NCBI GenBank assembly: GCA_965204745.1
Contig: OZ242010.1
Span: 2,688,001-2,752,000 of the forward strand
Reading direction: 5' to 3'
Length of the DNA: 64,000 nucleotides
From: Candidatus Latescibacterota bacterium
Lineage (GTDB): Bacteria; Latescibacterota; UBA2968
Positions 9,154 to 19,823 of this stretch are shown one piece after another (positions within the stretch are counted from its first letter, which is position 1; every line of letters starts with the position of its first letter). The notes beneath the pieces are model-generated. The model did no database searches. It was given only the letters and a program-made list of their open reading frames with translations, and was not told where the DNA came from. The translations under genes were made by a program, and so were the position numbers.

Positions 9154-10383
9154 TTACTCCGGTTTGACCAACCGCACCCGTCCCGTGAGAAGTTGTTGCA
9201 TCATCCCCTGCTTGATGGCACTGGTCTTATCCCGGCGTCGTTCCAGCGCGGCGATCTCGGCGTCCATGTCGGAGAGGATGGTGGCGATGGCGCGTTGCTC
9301 TCTGATAGGCGGTATCGCGATCACGAGGGGGGCTAAATCTTTTCCATGAACATGTGGTTGAGCACCGCCGGTTTGAGCGCGATAAATTTGTTCTTGTCTG
9401 AGTAGCATCTGATAGAAGATATATTTGATCGAATAGTTTGGAGCATCGCTGATAGTTGAACAGTCCGAAGCGAAAATTGGCCTGTCCCAATAAGCTACAT
9501 AGCCGGCATAAGCACCTGATGCGCTCACCGTTATCGTTTTGCCAGCGCGGTTCGCGTAATTGTGAAAGTAGGCGGGTTTCTTTCCTCCGGCTACAACTGG
9601 CACGATACCGGGCGTTAGAGAGCTTTCGGTTATCGGTTGCCCTTTCCTGATAGAGACTATCTCTCCCAACCGCTTCGTCTCCCACGCCCCGCTGAACCCC
9701 GGCAGGCGCGTCTTGCCGGTGAGGAGTTGTTGCATGGTGGCCTGCTTGATGGCGCGCTTCTTGGCGATCAGCGCGTCCAATGACTGGATTAGGCCATCCA
9801 CATCTGACAACACCTCGGCGATGGCGCGTTGCTCGGAGAGAGGCGGTAGTGGTATGCGAATATCCCTAAGTGCTCGCTTCGATATGCCAAAGACTTTTAG
9901 ACCGGTAGCAAGCCGACGCAACTGTATCTTCACGGGTGTTTTTTCCAGAAGATAGCCGCGATAGCCGGCACGAGTTTTCTCGTTCTTTGCCCTCAAAAGG
10001 AAAGTGTGGAGTCCTGAAACTGCTTCAGTCGCTCCGAGATTGCGAATTTCCACGCTTTTTCCGACACCTGCTTCGTCTTCGGAAGCATCCGCGACAATTA
10101 GATCGCCATCACGAAGGCGAGGAACGGTGACATTTTTATTTGCCAAAAGACGCGGCACTTCGTCAGAACAAAAATCTATGAAGTGATGAAAGCGGGTATG
10201 GATGTCACCGTAATGCACATACGATACAGTGCCAGTATGGCCCAGGTCGGCTCTTGAATTAGAAGCGGTGGGCAAATAGTCGAAAAGCTCGCCAATGGAG
10301 AACACAGACCAATCAGTTGGAATCACCCCAACCTCAGTGTGCTTATATCCTATCGGTGCGGGTTTTGTCGTATCCGCGTTCAT
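9154..10383 (-). CDS. hsdS: Type I RM specificity subunit (copy B)
   Basis: GYKHTEVGVIP.DW, two TRDs, PPLSEQRAIA and MQQLLTG conserved helices. Confidence 0.95.
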   Translation of the reverse strand: MNADTTKPAPIGYKHTEVGVIPTDWSVFSIGELFDYLPTASNSRADLGHTGTVSYVHYGDIHTRFHHFIDFCSDEVPRLLANKNVTVPRLRDGDLIVADASEDEAGVGKSVEIRNLGATEAVSGLHTFLLRAKNEKTRAGYRGYLLEKTPVKIQLRRLATGLKVFGISKRALRDIRIPLPPLSEQRAIAEVLSDVDGLIQSLDALIAKKRAIKQATMQQLLTGKTRLPGFSGAWETKRLGEIVSIRKGQPITESSLTPGIVPVVAGGKKPAYFHNYANRAGKTITVSASGAYAGYVAYWDRPIFASDCSTISDAPNYSIKYIFYQMLLRQEQIYRAQTGGAQPHVHGKDLAPLVIAIPPIREQRAIATILSDMDAEIAALERRRDKTSAIKQGMMQQLLTGRVRLVKPE

Positions 10384-10432
10384 GTATGTAACTGTACCTT
10401 TCAAAAAGAAGAACAGGCCGATTTATATTAAA

Positions 10433-11512
10433 TAGGACTTACGCAAAAAAGAACGGGATCGACCCCCCATCCTCACATTGGAGGTCTGTATGGCGAAACC
10501 AACGCGCCTGGATTACTGCCAGTATCTGCTTAGCAGTCCGCTCAATTATACCCTGACTCATTTCGCAGATCACAGCGACCGGTTCACGCATGATATGCTC
10601 AACCGCTATCTGGGTGGGGATCGCGTCTCGCCGCGTGTGATCTGGAAAAACGTCAAACCCCACCTCACGTCGACCGCAAAGGGCGTGATTCTCTTTGATG
10701 ACACGGTCTTAGACAAGCGCTATGCGAAAAAGATGGCCCTCGTGCGTCGGCAATACAGTGGCAATGCGAAGGGGGTCATCAATGGGATCGGTGTGGTGAC
10801 GTGTGTGTATGTCAATCCGGTTACCGATCAGTTTTGGTTGATTGACTATCGCATTTACGACCCAGAAGGGGATGGAAAAACCAAGTTAGACCACGTCAAA
10901 GAGATGTTGTCGCTCTTGGTCTATCACAAAAAGCTGCCTTTTGATCGGGTCGTGATGTTGACTTGGTATGCCACCAAAGCGGTCATGCTTCACATTGAGC
11001 ACTTACAAAAGATCTATTCCTGTCCTATCAAAAAGAATCGCCTCGTGGACGATTCGTCAGGTGAAAACCCCTATCAACGGGTCGATGCCTTAACTTGGAC
11101 AAAACGCGAACAGGCCACAGGAAAACGCATTAAACTCAGAGGGTTCCCTAAAAACCACAAGGTGAACGTATTCCGGGTCGCGTCTGCGACGAGACGCACG
11201 GCGTATATCGTAACCAACGACTTGACTCAAACCGACCCGTCAGTGGCACGAGCAGTGTGTCACTTGCGTTGGAAGATTGAGCAAGTTCACCGGGAAGCAA
11301 AACAGGTGACGGGACTTGAAAAGTGTCAATGCCGATTGGCACGCATTGTGCGAAACCACATCGGGTGTGCCTTCCTCGTTTGGGGACGACTGACCCAAGT
11401 CGCCTATCAGACTGGACAAACCATCTATCAAGTCAAACATGGCTTATGGGAGGACTATTTGAGACAACAACTCAAAACACCGGCGATACCAATGACCCTG
11501 GCGTAAGTCCTA
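10433..11512 (+). mobile_element. IS701-family element
   Basis: TIRs TAGGACTTACGC / GCGTAAGTCCTA; 5-bp TSD TTAAA at 10428-10432 and 11513-11517. Confidence 0.92.
10490..11506 (+). CDS. IS701-family DDE transposase (second Asp appears substituted)
   Basis: FDDTVLDK, RQYSGN, RWKIEQVHRE; MLTWYA where MD(S/T)WY is expected. Confidence 0.88.
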   Translation: MAKPTRLDYCQYLLSSPLNYTLTHFADHSDRFTHDMLNRYLGGDRVSPRVIWKNVKPHLTSTAKGVILFDDTVLDKRYAKKMALVRRQYSGNAKGVINGIGVVTCVYVNPVTDQFWLIDYRIYDPEGDGKTKLDHVKEMLSLLVYHKKLPFDRVVMLTWYATKAVMLHIEHLQKIYSCPIKKNRLVDDSSGENPYQRVDALTWTKREQATGKRIKLRGFPKNHKVNVFRVASATRRTAYIVTNDLTQTDPSVARAVCHLRWKIEQVHREAKQVTGLEKCQCRLARIVRNHIGCAFLVWGRLTQVAYQTGQTIYQVKHGLWEDYLRQQLKTPAIPMTLA

Positions 11513-11528
11513 TTAAAGCCTGCGTTAA

Positions 11529-11655
11529 ATATAATAGACAAAGTAAAACGCCCGTGTTCCATTAGATAGGCCAGTGCTTTAGAAAGCACGACTGGATCCT
11601 CTCGCATGATGGCAGAAATAATGTCTGTATCCAGTACTACAGGTCGTAGAGCCAT
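11529..11655 (-). pseudogene. VapC/PIN toxin 5' fragment truncated at the palindromic site
   Basis: VVLDTDIISAIMR PIN start; PIN-like sequence stops at FTLSII where the site begins. Confidence 0.7.
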
Positions 11656-11888
11656 CAGATGTTTGCCTGTTCAAAGAAATCCCGGCGGCGAGCTATGGCC
11701 TCGATCTCATCGATATCCTGCTCAGAAAGCCCTTGGTACACTTGGGCGGCCAGTTTCAGTATATCCTCGGCCGATGGTTCGGTTAGAGGCTCTATTTCCA
11801 AACGGACTTGCTGTCCTTGGGGAATCTCTGGTGCCTTTACCGGTTTGAAGACGCCATTTTCATAGACGGCTTTCACGATAGGTTTCAT
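11655..11888 (-). CDS. DUF104 (AF2212-like) antitoxin
   Basis: KAVYENGVFKP motif; upstream of PIN fragment. Confidence 0.85.
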   Translation of the reverse strand: MKPIVKAVYENGVFKPVKAPEIPQGQQVRLEIEPLTEPSAEDILKLAAQVYQGLSEQDIDEIEAIARRRDFFEQANI

Positions 11889-12043
11889 GCGTTTCTCCTC
11901 GTCTTAATGTCGCGAGTCTCGAAAAAAAATAAATGGCTGGCTTTCGCGCCATTGGCAACTCATTTCTCCTCCGAGATCAACTGCAAAATTTCCGGTGTCA
12001 GACCGCGCTGGAGCGAGGGCCAAATCGGCATTATTGGCTCGCA

Positions 12044-13180
12044 TTACTTAAAGGCAAGCGCATCGCGGTCATCAAAAGGAATCTCGCGGCGGGATTCCCG
12101 GCGGTTGGCTATCTCCAAGTCCGCGAGCTCTGCTAGAATCTTTCTGGCGACTTGCTTTGCATAAAGTGGTGGTACTGCGTTGCCGATGAGATTACATACG
12201 GCCTCCATCTGATTCGTGATAAAGTGGTAATTCTCTGGAAACGTTTGAAGCAAAGCCGCCTCCCGAACAGAGATAGTGAACCGTCGCTTGTCCGGGTGTC
12301 CGAATCGGCCTTTGCTCGCTGTCGTACATCCGCCCGTGATCGTAGGGGATACGCGATCCCACACCATTCTGCCGTAAGTGTTTGTGAATCCCTTGTATCC
12401 ATTCTGGTGGCAGCGTGGACGCACGGACTCGTCAATTCCCAACCAAGTTTGTCCAGGCTCTGCCGCTTGCAGTCGTGCCTTCACTTGCGGCTGGAGGTCT
12501 CTAACCACATGCCAGTTGTACGCTTGGGGGTTGGCGCGTGCTGTCTTTAGTGTGATGGGTTCTCCCATGTGACCGATGGTTTCCCTCACTGTATTCCAGG
12601 GTTGCAAGGCGGAACCTTCCTCTGGCGACTGAGCGTAGGTCGGTTCAGGGAATGGAATCTTGAATCCAAGCCCGGCCAAGAGGACCAAACGCTGTCGGGA
12701 TTGCGGAACGCCAAAGTCGGCCATCTGCTCAATGCGCCACTCACATTGATAGCCACTCCGATGAAGGATTTTTAGAAACGCATCGAAAACGGGCTTTCCG
12801 CGACTTACAAGGCCAGAGACATTTTCCATCATGACGGCCTTGGGCCGAATAGCCTCAATGAACTCGGCCATGATGAGAAGGAGTGCATTGCGCGGGTCGT
12901 CCTTCTTGTACTTGGTCGTTAGGGAACAGAAGCCCTGGCAGGGCGCGCAACCGGCCAACAATGAGATTGGCTCGCTACCGGTTGTCTGTAAGAGCTCCGC
13001 TGTGTTGACCTCATAGATATCCTTTTCGATCATAAAGGTTCGCCGGTTGTTCCATTTATACGTTCGCGCCGCGATGGGATCGTTTTCCACCGCTGCCGAG
13101 ACATGAAAGCCCGCGTCACGCAAGCCCTTGGTAAGACCGCCACAACCGGCGAATAGATCTATTGCAAAGGGTTTGTTCAT
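12044..13180 (-). CDS. DNA (cytosine-5)-methyltransferase
   Basis: [37 protein letters not shown]. Confidence 0.95.
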   Translation of the reverse strand: MNKPFAIDLFAGCGGLTKGLRDAGFHVSAAVENDPIAARTYKWNNRRTFMIEKDIYEVNTAELLQTTGSEPISLLAGCAPCQGFCSLTTKYKKDDPRNALLLIMAEFIEAIRPKAVMMENVSGLVSRGKPVFDAFLKILHRSGYQCEWRIEQMADFGVPQSRQRLVLLAGLGFKIPFPEPTYAQSPEEGSALQPWNTVRETIGHMGEPITLKTARANPQAYNWHVVRDLQPQVKARLQAAEPGQTWLGIDESVRPRCHQNGYKGFTNTYGRMVWDRVSPTITGGCTTASKGRFGHPDKRRFTISVREAALLQTFPENYHFITNQMEAVCNLIGNAVPPLYAKQVARKILAELADLEIANRRESRREIPFDDRDALAFK

Positions 13181-13182
13181 TT

Positions 13183-15126
13183 TTATTCGCCTCCGTTCCG
13201 TAACTCAAGGATTCTCGGGTCGTTCTGTGGGGCACGTTGCGTAACGGCATCGAGAAATTCTTTGTGCATAGATTCAGCGGTTGTCAACAAATTATCCCAA
13301 GTTCGGATATCGAACGTTCCCGCATTTTGCATGGTATTGGCGTGCTCTTCGTCGCCCGGACGAATTCGGTCTGCGATGATTAGCAGTCCCTTTACAACCG
13401 TTCTCTTATATGTGTTGTCCGTTGATCCGTCTTGAAGTGGTTTACGCAAAAAAAGGACATAGTCTTCAAGCTGGCGAAATTCATCCCGCCCCACAAGAGC
13501 ACCCGGACGCTTTACTTCCACTACATGAGCTGTCTGATAGAGATCTCCAAGACAGAAGAAATCAAGGCGTCGCCTACCTTCTTTGCTCTTTGGGACAGAA
13601 ATATTAAATTCGTTGCATATCAGGTTATCTAGAGACTGCTCATGCGTCAACATCGTCCACTTAGGGTCGATGAGCCAGGGATGATCTCGGAGGTAATCCT
13701 GCATGTCCGGCTTCTCTGGAACTCTATCTTTGATCATCTGCGCGAACTTTTGGATGATCTCCACGCGCCCCTTGACGAGATGTGCGGTATTCACGGCTTC
13801 GATGATGTCCCATTCAGAAAGGACTTCTTCGAAATGCTCAATATCGTCTGGCGAGGCCGTGTTTAACCTTCTTATCGCGTCGAGGAAACTCCGATTCGTC
13901 AGCGCGTTATAGGCGAACTCGACGAGTTCATCCGTAATATCCTTGCCATCTTCATGCTTATCGAGTTGAGGGATAGCGCAAATGCGGTCGACGACCGTCT
14001 TGAAAATTTTGCGCTCTTTTTCGGGTAGATTCTCCGCTTGTTCTAGGTAATGCTTTACCTTGGAACTTTTGGTTTTGGCTTCGCGCCTCTTGTCCGCCCA
14101 TGTCTCCAGCAACTCTCTGATCGTCTTGCGTCCCCATTCTTTCAGAGGTACTGCCGTGGGGTCTTCCCATCTAACTGTGCCCCTGTCGGTGGCGATCAGA
14201 TCCTCCCTTTCGTCGAGAAAATCCGCTTTGATTTCGCCTGTGAGATACTGCATTCCGTGCTGACCCCACACGCCACCGCTCAGGTCAAAGAACCAAGGTG
14301 CCTGAGCCAGTTTGCCGCGCACATACACCACAAAGCCGCGCTGTTCTTCCTCTGGGATCGTATCCTTGCAGAAACCTACCCACCATTGTATCTCCTGACC
14401 GTTCGATAGCTCGGCTACTGCCCAACCGCCGGTATTTTCTGGAAACCGAAATTGAAATGGAATCTCTTGTCTCGATATAGGGATTCCATTTACGTGGACC
14501 GTAAAGTTCTGATCGAGCACCAGCAGTCTTCTGGCGATACTCCGTTTGAATTGCTCCTCGTTAATAGCGCGGCTGATTTTCAGACGGGACAGCGTTATCG
14601 TCGTGCCGTTCCCGTCCGCAGTGCTTTTGCCATCATCAGATAGCGTGTCAGCCTCGTATCCTGCGTCATCTGCTAAATTGGGGTTTTTAGTCAACTTCTC
14701 GTAATCCCATGCGAAGTGCTGAATCTCCTGCTCATTGATGGATCGGACCTCAATGAGGTCGGCGATGCCGAATCCAGCGAGTTTGCCGATGCCTTTTCGG
14801 CCTTGGACTTTTCGAGGACTCATGCCGTTATATTCCTGGGTCCACCCAGTTGCCCCTGAGCGTCGATCTCTCCCCACTGCTAGGTAAAGTGAATTGCAAT
14901 CAACGTAATTCATGCCGTGGCCATCGTCTTTGACGACGATTTTATCAGTTTGCTGAATTGGGCGTCCCGTTGGAATCTCGATCCTTATGTTCCTTGCCAT
15001 TGCGTCGTAAGCATTTGAAATAAGTTCAGAAATGGCGGGAACGGCCCCAGAATACATCTGTAAGCCGAGGTGTTTGAAAAGTTGACCGGCCACGGTCGTC
15101 TTATATACGCGGCGGTTATTTTGCAT
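13183..15126 (-). CDS. GHKL/MORC-type ATPase with C-terminal PD-(D/E)XK-like nuclease domain
   Basis: [26 protein letters not shown]; C-terminal RLDF...VVEVKRP...QLEDY. Confidence 0.8.
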   Translation of the reverse strand: MQNNRRVYKTTVAGQLFKHLGLQMYSGAVPAISELISNAYDAMARNIRIEIPTGRPIQQTDKIVVKDDGHGMNYVDCNSLYLAVGRDRRSGATGWTQEYNGMSPRKVQGRKGIGKLAGFGIADLIEVRSINEQEIQHFAWDYEKLTKNPNLADDAGYEADTLSDDGKSTADGNGTTITLSRLKISRAINEEQFKRSIARRLLVLDQNFTVHVNGIPISRQEIPFQFRFPENTGGWAVAELSNGQEIQWWVGFCKDTIPEEEQRGFVVYVRGKLAQAPWFFDLSGGVWGQHGMQYLTGEIKADFLDEREDLIATDRGTVRWEDPTAVPLKEWGRKTIRELLETWADKRREAKTKSSKVKHYLEQAENLPEKERKIFKTVVDRICAIPQLDKHEDGKDITDELVEFAYNALTNRSFLDAIRRLNTASPDDIEHFEEVLSEWDIIEAVNTAHLVKGRVEIIQKFAQMIKDRVPEKPDMQDYLRDHPWLIDPKWTMLTHEQSLDNLICNEFNISVPKSKEGRRRLDFFCLGDLYQTAHVVEVKRPGALVGRDEFRQLEDYVLFLRKPLQDGSTDNTYKRTVVKGLLIIADRIRPGDEEHANTMQNAGTFDIRTWDNLLTTAESMHKEFLDAVTQRAPQNDPRILELRNGGE

Positions 15127-15137
15127 CTTTGCTCTCC

Positions 15138-15527
15138 TTAGAAATGCTGGACATTCGCAACTCGCCACTGATTCGTTGCGGAAAGGACAGACGCGATACC
15201 CGGGGAAGTCAGAAGAGAAGCGGCAGACGCTGTCTGTTGAATCTCCGGGTAGGCGCGATAGAACTCCCGGAATTTCCGCAAATTTGTGGGCGAGCAGCCT
15301 TTCAATCCACTGGCCTTGAGTTCGGCGGACAGCCGCACAATCAGTTTTTTGCCGTAGAGCCTGCTACGATCTACCCCGCCTTCCTCGTACTCGACGATGT
15401 ACCAGCCGAACAGCCAGTTGCGCGTCACCAAGTACGTGTCCATGACACGGGCGGCAGAGCGTTGGCTCTCCTCGTGGGTCCGCCGACATAAATCGACGAG
15501 ATGCCCAAAATCAAATTCCCGACTCAT
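15138..15527 (-). pseudogene. DUF1016 (YhcG) N-terminal domain, truncated
   Basis: NWLFGWYIVEYE..G.DR..YG, GCSPTNLRKFREFY; nuclease C-terminal domain absent. Confidence 0.75.
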
Positions 15528-15564
15528 GGTGTCACCTCCATTTTTTTTTGTTGGTCATCGTCCG

Positions 15565-16740
15565 CTATTCCGCATCTTCTATTGGCTTGTCGATAAATAG
15601 ATTGACGTAATCCGTGTACTCGAATCGACGGTTGCGTTTTCGCCCGGTGATCTCTTGGAGGATGCCGTGCTCGATAAGTTTGGTTACGATATTGTTGGCG
15701 ACGGGATATGTTGACTCAAGCAGGCCCTGAACCTCGGCAACCGAGATAAAGGGTTTTTGGTAGAGATGTTCGAGCACGCGATGTCCATTGGCAGCGGTGC
15801 GCCCAAGTTGATCGGTAATAATCTGCCGGTGGTTCTCGCGCATTGTGAGAATCCTTTGAGCAGTATGCGTGGCTTGTTGGCTAACCAAAAAAACACCTTC
15901 GAGAAAAAAAGTAAGCCAGGACTCCCAATCACCTTGGTCGCGTACATATTGAAGGTGGTCGTAATACTCTTGGCGATACAACTTGAAGAAGTACGAAAGG
16001 TAGAGCACGGGCCTGATCAAGGCTTTCTGATCACATAGCATCAAAGTGATGAGCAGGCGCCCAAGGCGACCGTTGCCATCGCGGAAGGGATGGATAGTCT
16101 CGAATTGTGCGTGGACAAGGCCGACCCTAATCAAGAGCGGGAGCGATGTGTCCTCCTGAAGGAAGCATTCCAACTCGTTCAGGGCATTTGGTACCTCGTG
16201 AGGCGGAGGAGGAACAAAGATGGCATCGGACAAGGGGCCGGGAGGGCCGATCCAGTTTTGTAACAAGCGCAACTCTCCAGGCGTCCTGTCTTGTCCACGA
16301 GTGCCAGTTAGCAACTCCTTGTGGATTTCCCGCAGGAGACAAATAGAGATTGGCCGGCCATCCTCAAGGCATTTGAGACCGTGATTCATGGCGCGAACGT
16401 AGTTGATTACCTCATCGACATCCCGTGGCCGATCAGGGGAGAAAATGCGGGCTTCGGCGGCGAGAACATCATGTAATGAACTCTGGGTGCCTTCAATCTG
16501 GCTGGAGAGCACGGCTTCCTTGCGGACGTACATGGCGACAAAAAGATCGGGATGTGGTAGCGTCTGGATCGAGCCATCGAGACGGCCCAAGGCGTGGTCG
16601 GCCTGCGAGAGCAGAATTTGCATTTTGCCCTGAAGATTGATCGGCGGGTTCGGCGGTAGCGGCTTGGGGATAAAAGCTCGGTAGCCTCTGGCCTGAGCGA
16701 CGTACCGGCCAGCCCGAGTCTGCATTTGCGTCGTTTTCAT
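15565..16740 (-). CDS. Fic family protein
   Basis: HPFRDGNGRLGR Fic motif, EAVLSSQIEGT, C-terminal HTH. Confidence 0.95.
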   Translation of the reverse strand: MKTTQMQTRAGRYVAQARGYRAFIPKPLPPNPPINLQGKMQILLSQADHALGRLDGSIQTLPHPDLFVAMYVRKEAVLSSQIEGTQSSLHDVLAAEARIFSPDRPRDVDEVINYVRAMNHGLKCLEDGRPISICLLREIHKELLTGTRGQDRTPGELRLLQNWIGPPGPLSDAIFVPPPPHEVPNALNELECFLQEDTSLPLLIRVGLVHAQFETIHPFRDGNGRLGRLLITLMLCDQKALIRPVLYLSYFFKLYRQEYYDHLQYVRDQGDWESWLTFFLEGVFLVSQQATHTAQRILTMRENHRQIITDQLGRTAANGHRVLEHLYQKPFISVAEVQGLLESTYPVANNIVTKLIEHGILQEITGRKRNRRFEYTDYVNLFIDKPIEDAE

Positions 16741-16778
16741 AGGTAACCGTACCTTTCCAAAAAAAGAACAGGCCGATT

Positions 16779-16805
16779 TATATTAAAGCCTGCATAAAAT
16801 ATAAC
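16779..16805. promoter_or_regulatory. Palindromic 10-7-10 site, copy 2 (TTATATTAAA-GCCTGCA-TAAAATATAA)
   Basis: Part of a ~65-bp block repeated upstream of hsdS-A, fic and hsdS-B. Confidence 0.7.
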
Positions 16806-17060
16806 CGAAGTGAGGGCCAAATCGGCGGGCATGCCGGGAGCCGATAAGCCTCGTCCAAATTTGTGCATCCTGTGGGCGAGAAGCCGGTCAGAGGCGGCCA
16901 GTTCGTCCTGATCAATCTCATAAGCTCCGGTCTCGATGTCGATAACGACGAATTTACCTTCGTCGTTAGGGCCAACATGGGGGCTTATATCTCGGTCGTA
17001 AATCTCATCGCCACGGCGAGCAAATTCCTCTTTGCTGTACCGAGGTTTTGGTACGGGCAT
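16785..17060 (-). pseudogene. Small antitoxin-like protein, frameshifted
   Basis: PRYSKEEFARRGDEIY..GKFVVIDIETGAYE; the likely C-terminus DAQIWTRLIGSRHARRFG lies in another frame. Confidence 0.55.
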
Positions 17061-17136
17061 TTTGTTTCTCCTTTGCATGACAGGCGGCCAAAATCACTCG
17101 CCTCAAGATACTGAACGCAACGGAACGAATCCCTCC

Positions 17137-18402
17137 TCACGGCGAAGTACCCCTCGGACTCGGCGCCGAACCTCGGTGCAACGTCAACCGCAAGTAGTCC
17201 TCGGTCGCCTCAAACTCCGGGTCGACGCCGTTGTGCGCCCGCATCAACGGAACGATCTTGTTCCGCACCCCCATGCCTCGGGCATCAGAATAGCCATAGT
17301 CCCGCAAGGTCTCGGAGATGAGCGGATTGCGGGGAACCCGCTGCCCAGCGATCATCTTTTTGACCGTCATGCCGTTTTGCAGCGCGCCAGGGCTGAGTAT
17401 CTCTATCCGATCCGCATAACGGACTACCTCGATTTCCTCATACCGCGTCCAGTCCCGATGCGTCAGCGCGTTGACAACGCCTTCGCGCAACACTTCCAAC
17501 GGATAGTGCCAGTGTCGCTCCCGGCGCATAGACGCTTCCACTCGACCGGCCTCCTCGGATACAAACGGCCGCATCGCATCGGCAAGGCGTTCGATCAGCC
17601 CCTTTTCCACCCGTTCACGGCCCCCTGACAGCACCTGATAAAGATCGACGAGCGGCCCTTCAATCACTTGGTCGTCAAGGGCCTCGTAGGTTTTCTCCGG
17701 CCCCTCAAAGCACATCCAGCGGACGCCAGCATGGCGCAACAGGCGGCGCGGCCGATAGCCGAACAGGATCAACCCGGCGATCGTACAGGCAGGTGGGCCG
17801 TCTTCCCGCTCGGTCATGAATCCCAGCGCGCAAAGCCGCTCGTTCCAGGCCTCGTCGGTTTCTGGCACTTCCCAGTCGCCGACAATCGCGGTGAGGTAGT
17901 CCATCAGCCGTTCTCGGCTCAAATCGCACAAGCCGCTGCCGGAAACGGGCAATAGCTCCGTGTGAATCAGCCCGCCGGCCGCGAAAAGCCGCGCCTGTTG
18001 CTCGCGCGAGGCCAGCCGCGAGGTGCTGCCAATCCGTATGTAGATGTCTTCCCTGCCGCGATGCCGGACGACATAAGGTTTGGTCGTACCTTGCGTAACG
18101 GTGACAACCGCGACGCGGCGTCCATCATCTATCGGAACTTCCTCGTAAAACGGCAGGATCATGGGATGCACCACGCGCCCAAACACGGCATCCATCACCC
18201 GCTGTTCGAGATCGTCTCGCTGTATGCCGGTGATGCTACCGTCGTCTTCCACGCCAAGCAGGACGCGCCCCCCCTGAAAGTTGGCGAGCGCCACCACCTC
18301 CCGCGCCAGTTGCTCTGGACGCAAATCATCCCGCTTGAACTCCACGCCAGAGTTCTCGCCGCCAGCGATCAGTTCGAGAAGTTCCGCACGTTTCATAACC
18401 AT
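17137..18402 (-). CDS. AlbA_2/Schlafen + RecG-C ATP-binding protein
   Basis: GENSGVEFK, ALANFQGG..LGVEDDG, REGVVNALTHRDW, RNPLI, GMGV. Confidence 0.9.
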   Translation of the reverse strand: MVMKRAELLELIAGGENSGVEFKRDDLRPEQLAREVVALANFQGGRVLLGVEDDGSITGIQRDDLEQRVMDAVFGRVVHPMILPFYEEVPIDDGRRVAVVTVTQGTTKPYVVRHRGREDIYIRIGSTSRLASREQQARLFAAGGLIHTELLPVSGSGLCDLSRERLMDYLTAIVGDWEVPETDEAWNERLCALGFMTEREDGPPACTIAGLILFGYRPRRLLRHAGVRWMCFEGPEKTYEALDDQVIEGPLVDLYQVLSGGRERVEKGLIERLADAMRPFVSEEAGRVEASMRRERHWHYPLEVLREGVVNALTHRDWTRYEEIEVVRYADRIEILSPGALQNGMTVKKMIAGQRVPRNPLISETLRDYGYSDARGMGVRNKIVPLMRAHNGVDPEFEATEDYLRLTLHRGSAPSPRGTSP

Positions 18403-18404
18403 CT

Positions 18405-18940
18405 CCTTTGGAGACCGTCATCCGTATCGGCGGCAGAGCGTTGGCTCTCCGCGTGGGTCCGCCGACACAGATCGACGAGATGCCCAAAATCAAATTCCCG
18501 ACTCATCGCGTTCTCCCATCTTTTTGTGGTTGGTCATCGTCCGCTATTCCGAATCTTCCATTCTCGGTTTGAGTACGTGACTGCCATGCGTTACTCCGAT
18601 TTGACCAACCGCACCCGCCCCGTAAGAAGTTGTTGCATCATCCCCTGCTTGATGGCACTGGTCTTATCCCGGCGTCGTTCCAGCGCGGCGATCTCGGCGT
18701 CCATTTGGGCCATACGAACTTTTTGCCTCGCAACTGTTGGACGGACCGCCCGCTCTTGGACGAACTCGCTTTGCACGCTGCTGATGAATAGACGGAGTTG
18801 GGTCATGCTTTGAGCCTTTCATCCCCGGGTCGCGGGGGTTCATCGCCAGCCGTTTTCAGAAGGCGATCAAAGGCCGCCAAATCAGCGCGGGCCGCCCGCT
18901 CTTGAAAATAACGCGCCGTCCGCAAGGCGGCTAATTTTTC
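18405..18940 (-). pseudogene. Patchwork of fragments of DUF1016, fic, hsdS, DUF4062 and antitoxin genes
   Basis: Segments match 15450-15580, 9132-9265, 20585-20620 and 6191-6385. Confidence 0.85.
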
Positions 18941-19823
18941 ATCTATTGGCTTGCTTCTTGGAATTGGTTTCATAAAGAGTGTCCGTAATGGCTCCCCGAA
19001 AAACCTCCTCATTGAGGAACTGCAAGAGCTTTTTCGCTTTGGCCTTATCAGCCGGAAAAACTATCCTGTCCTGTGAAATAGCAATCTCGACACCATGCCC
19101 TTTAGAACTCGATTGAATCTCTTGGGCGGAAAAATTATCGAGAACGCAGGAATCTCTGAGCATGGCGAATCGCTTGCGGGACCATTGGTCTGCCCCGGTT
19201 ACCTGTGACTCAATGTCTTCAGGCGCGAGCAACGCATGAGTCAATACCTCTCGAATCTCTTTATTCGATGCATCCTTATAGAAGTCGGATAATGGCAGGA
19301 AGGTGTTGACGTAGCGAAAGTTTTGGAACAACAACTTGCCTTCGTCTGGATCATACACAGCACTCAATTTTCTACCTAGCGTCAAAATCGGACGTTCTAA
19401 ACTTTTGTAGGTATCGCTACTCAGGATCAGAAAATTCCCCGGATGGATAACGTGAGAACGAGTAAAATTCTGGAAGAGCATCAACTCTTTGTTCTGAGTA
19501 CTTCGCGCAAATGCCACAATACCTTTGACAGAATGGTTGGACAACTCATCGTCGCCGAGAGCATCAAGATTCAAGATGGACAGGCTATCTTCATTTTCTA
19601 GCCAGTCAGGTAGTTTGTAGTTCGACAAGCAAAAACGCTCATGTTCCTCTGGTTGGTACCCGGCGTTGAACTCAATCTCGTCTATTTCGCGAATGAATTC
19701 GTCATATTGGCTCTGCCAACTTTCAGCAAGGCTGTCCTGTAACTCTCCACTAAGCGGGATTTGTAACAGGCATGTTTCTGTACGATCCTTGACTATCGCC
19801 GCAAGGTGAAAGTTTTTAAGCAT
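18939..19823 (-). CDS. kwaB: Kiwa KwaB-like (DUF4868) protein
   Basis: LFQNF, KLLFQNF, LLQFLNEEVFRGAIT..YETNSK pattern; follows a TM partner gene. Confidence 0.7.
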   Translation of the reverse strand: MLKNFHLAAIVKDRTETCLLQIPLSGELQDSLAESWQSQYDEFIREIDEIEFNAGYQPEEHERFCLSNYKLPDWLENEDSLSILNLDALGDDELSNHSVKGIVAFARSTQNKELMLFQNFTRSHVIHPGNFLILSSDTYKSLERPILTLGRKLSAVYDPDEGKLLFQNFRYVNTFLPLSDFYKDASNKEIREVLTHALLAPEDIESQVTGADQWSRKRFAMLRDSCVLDNFSAQEIQSSSKGHGVEIAISQDRIVFPADKAKAKKLLQFLNEEVFRGAITDTLYETNSKKQANR

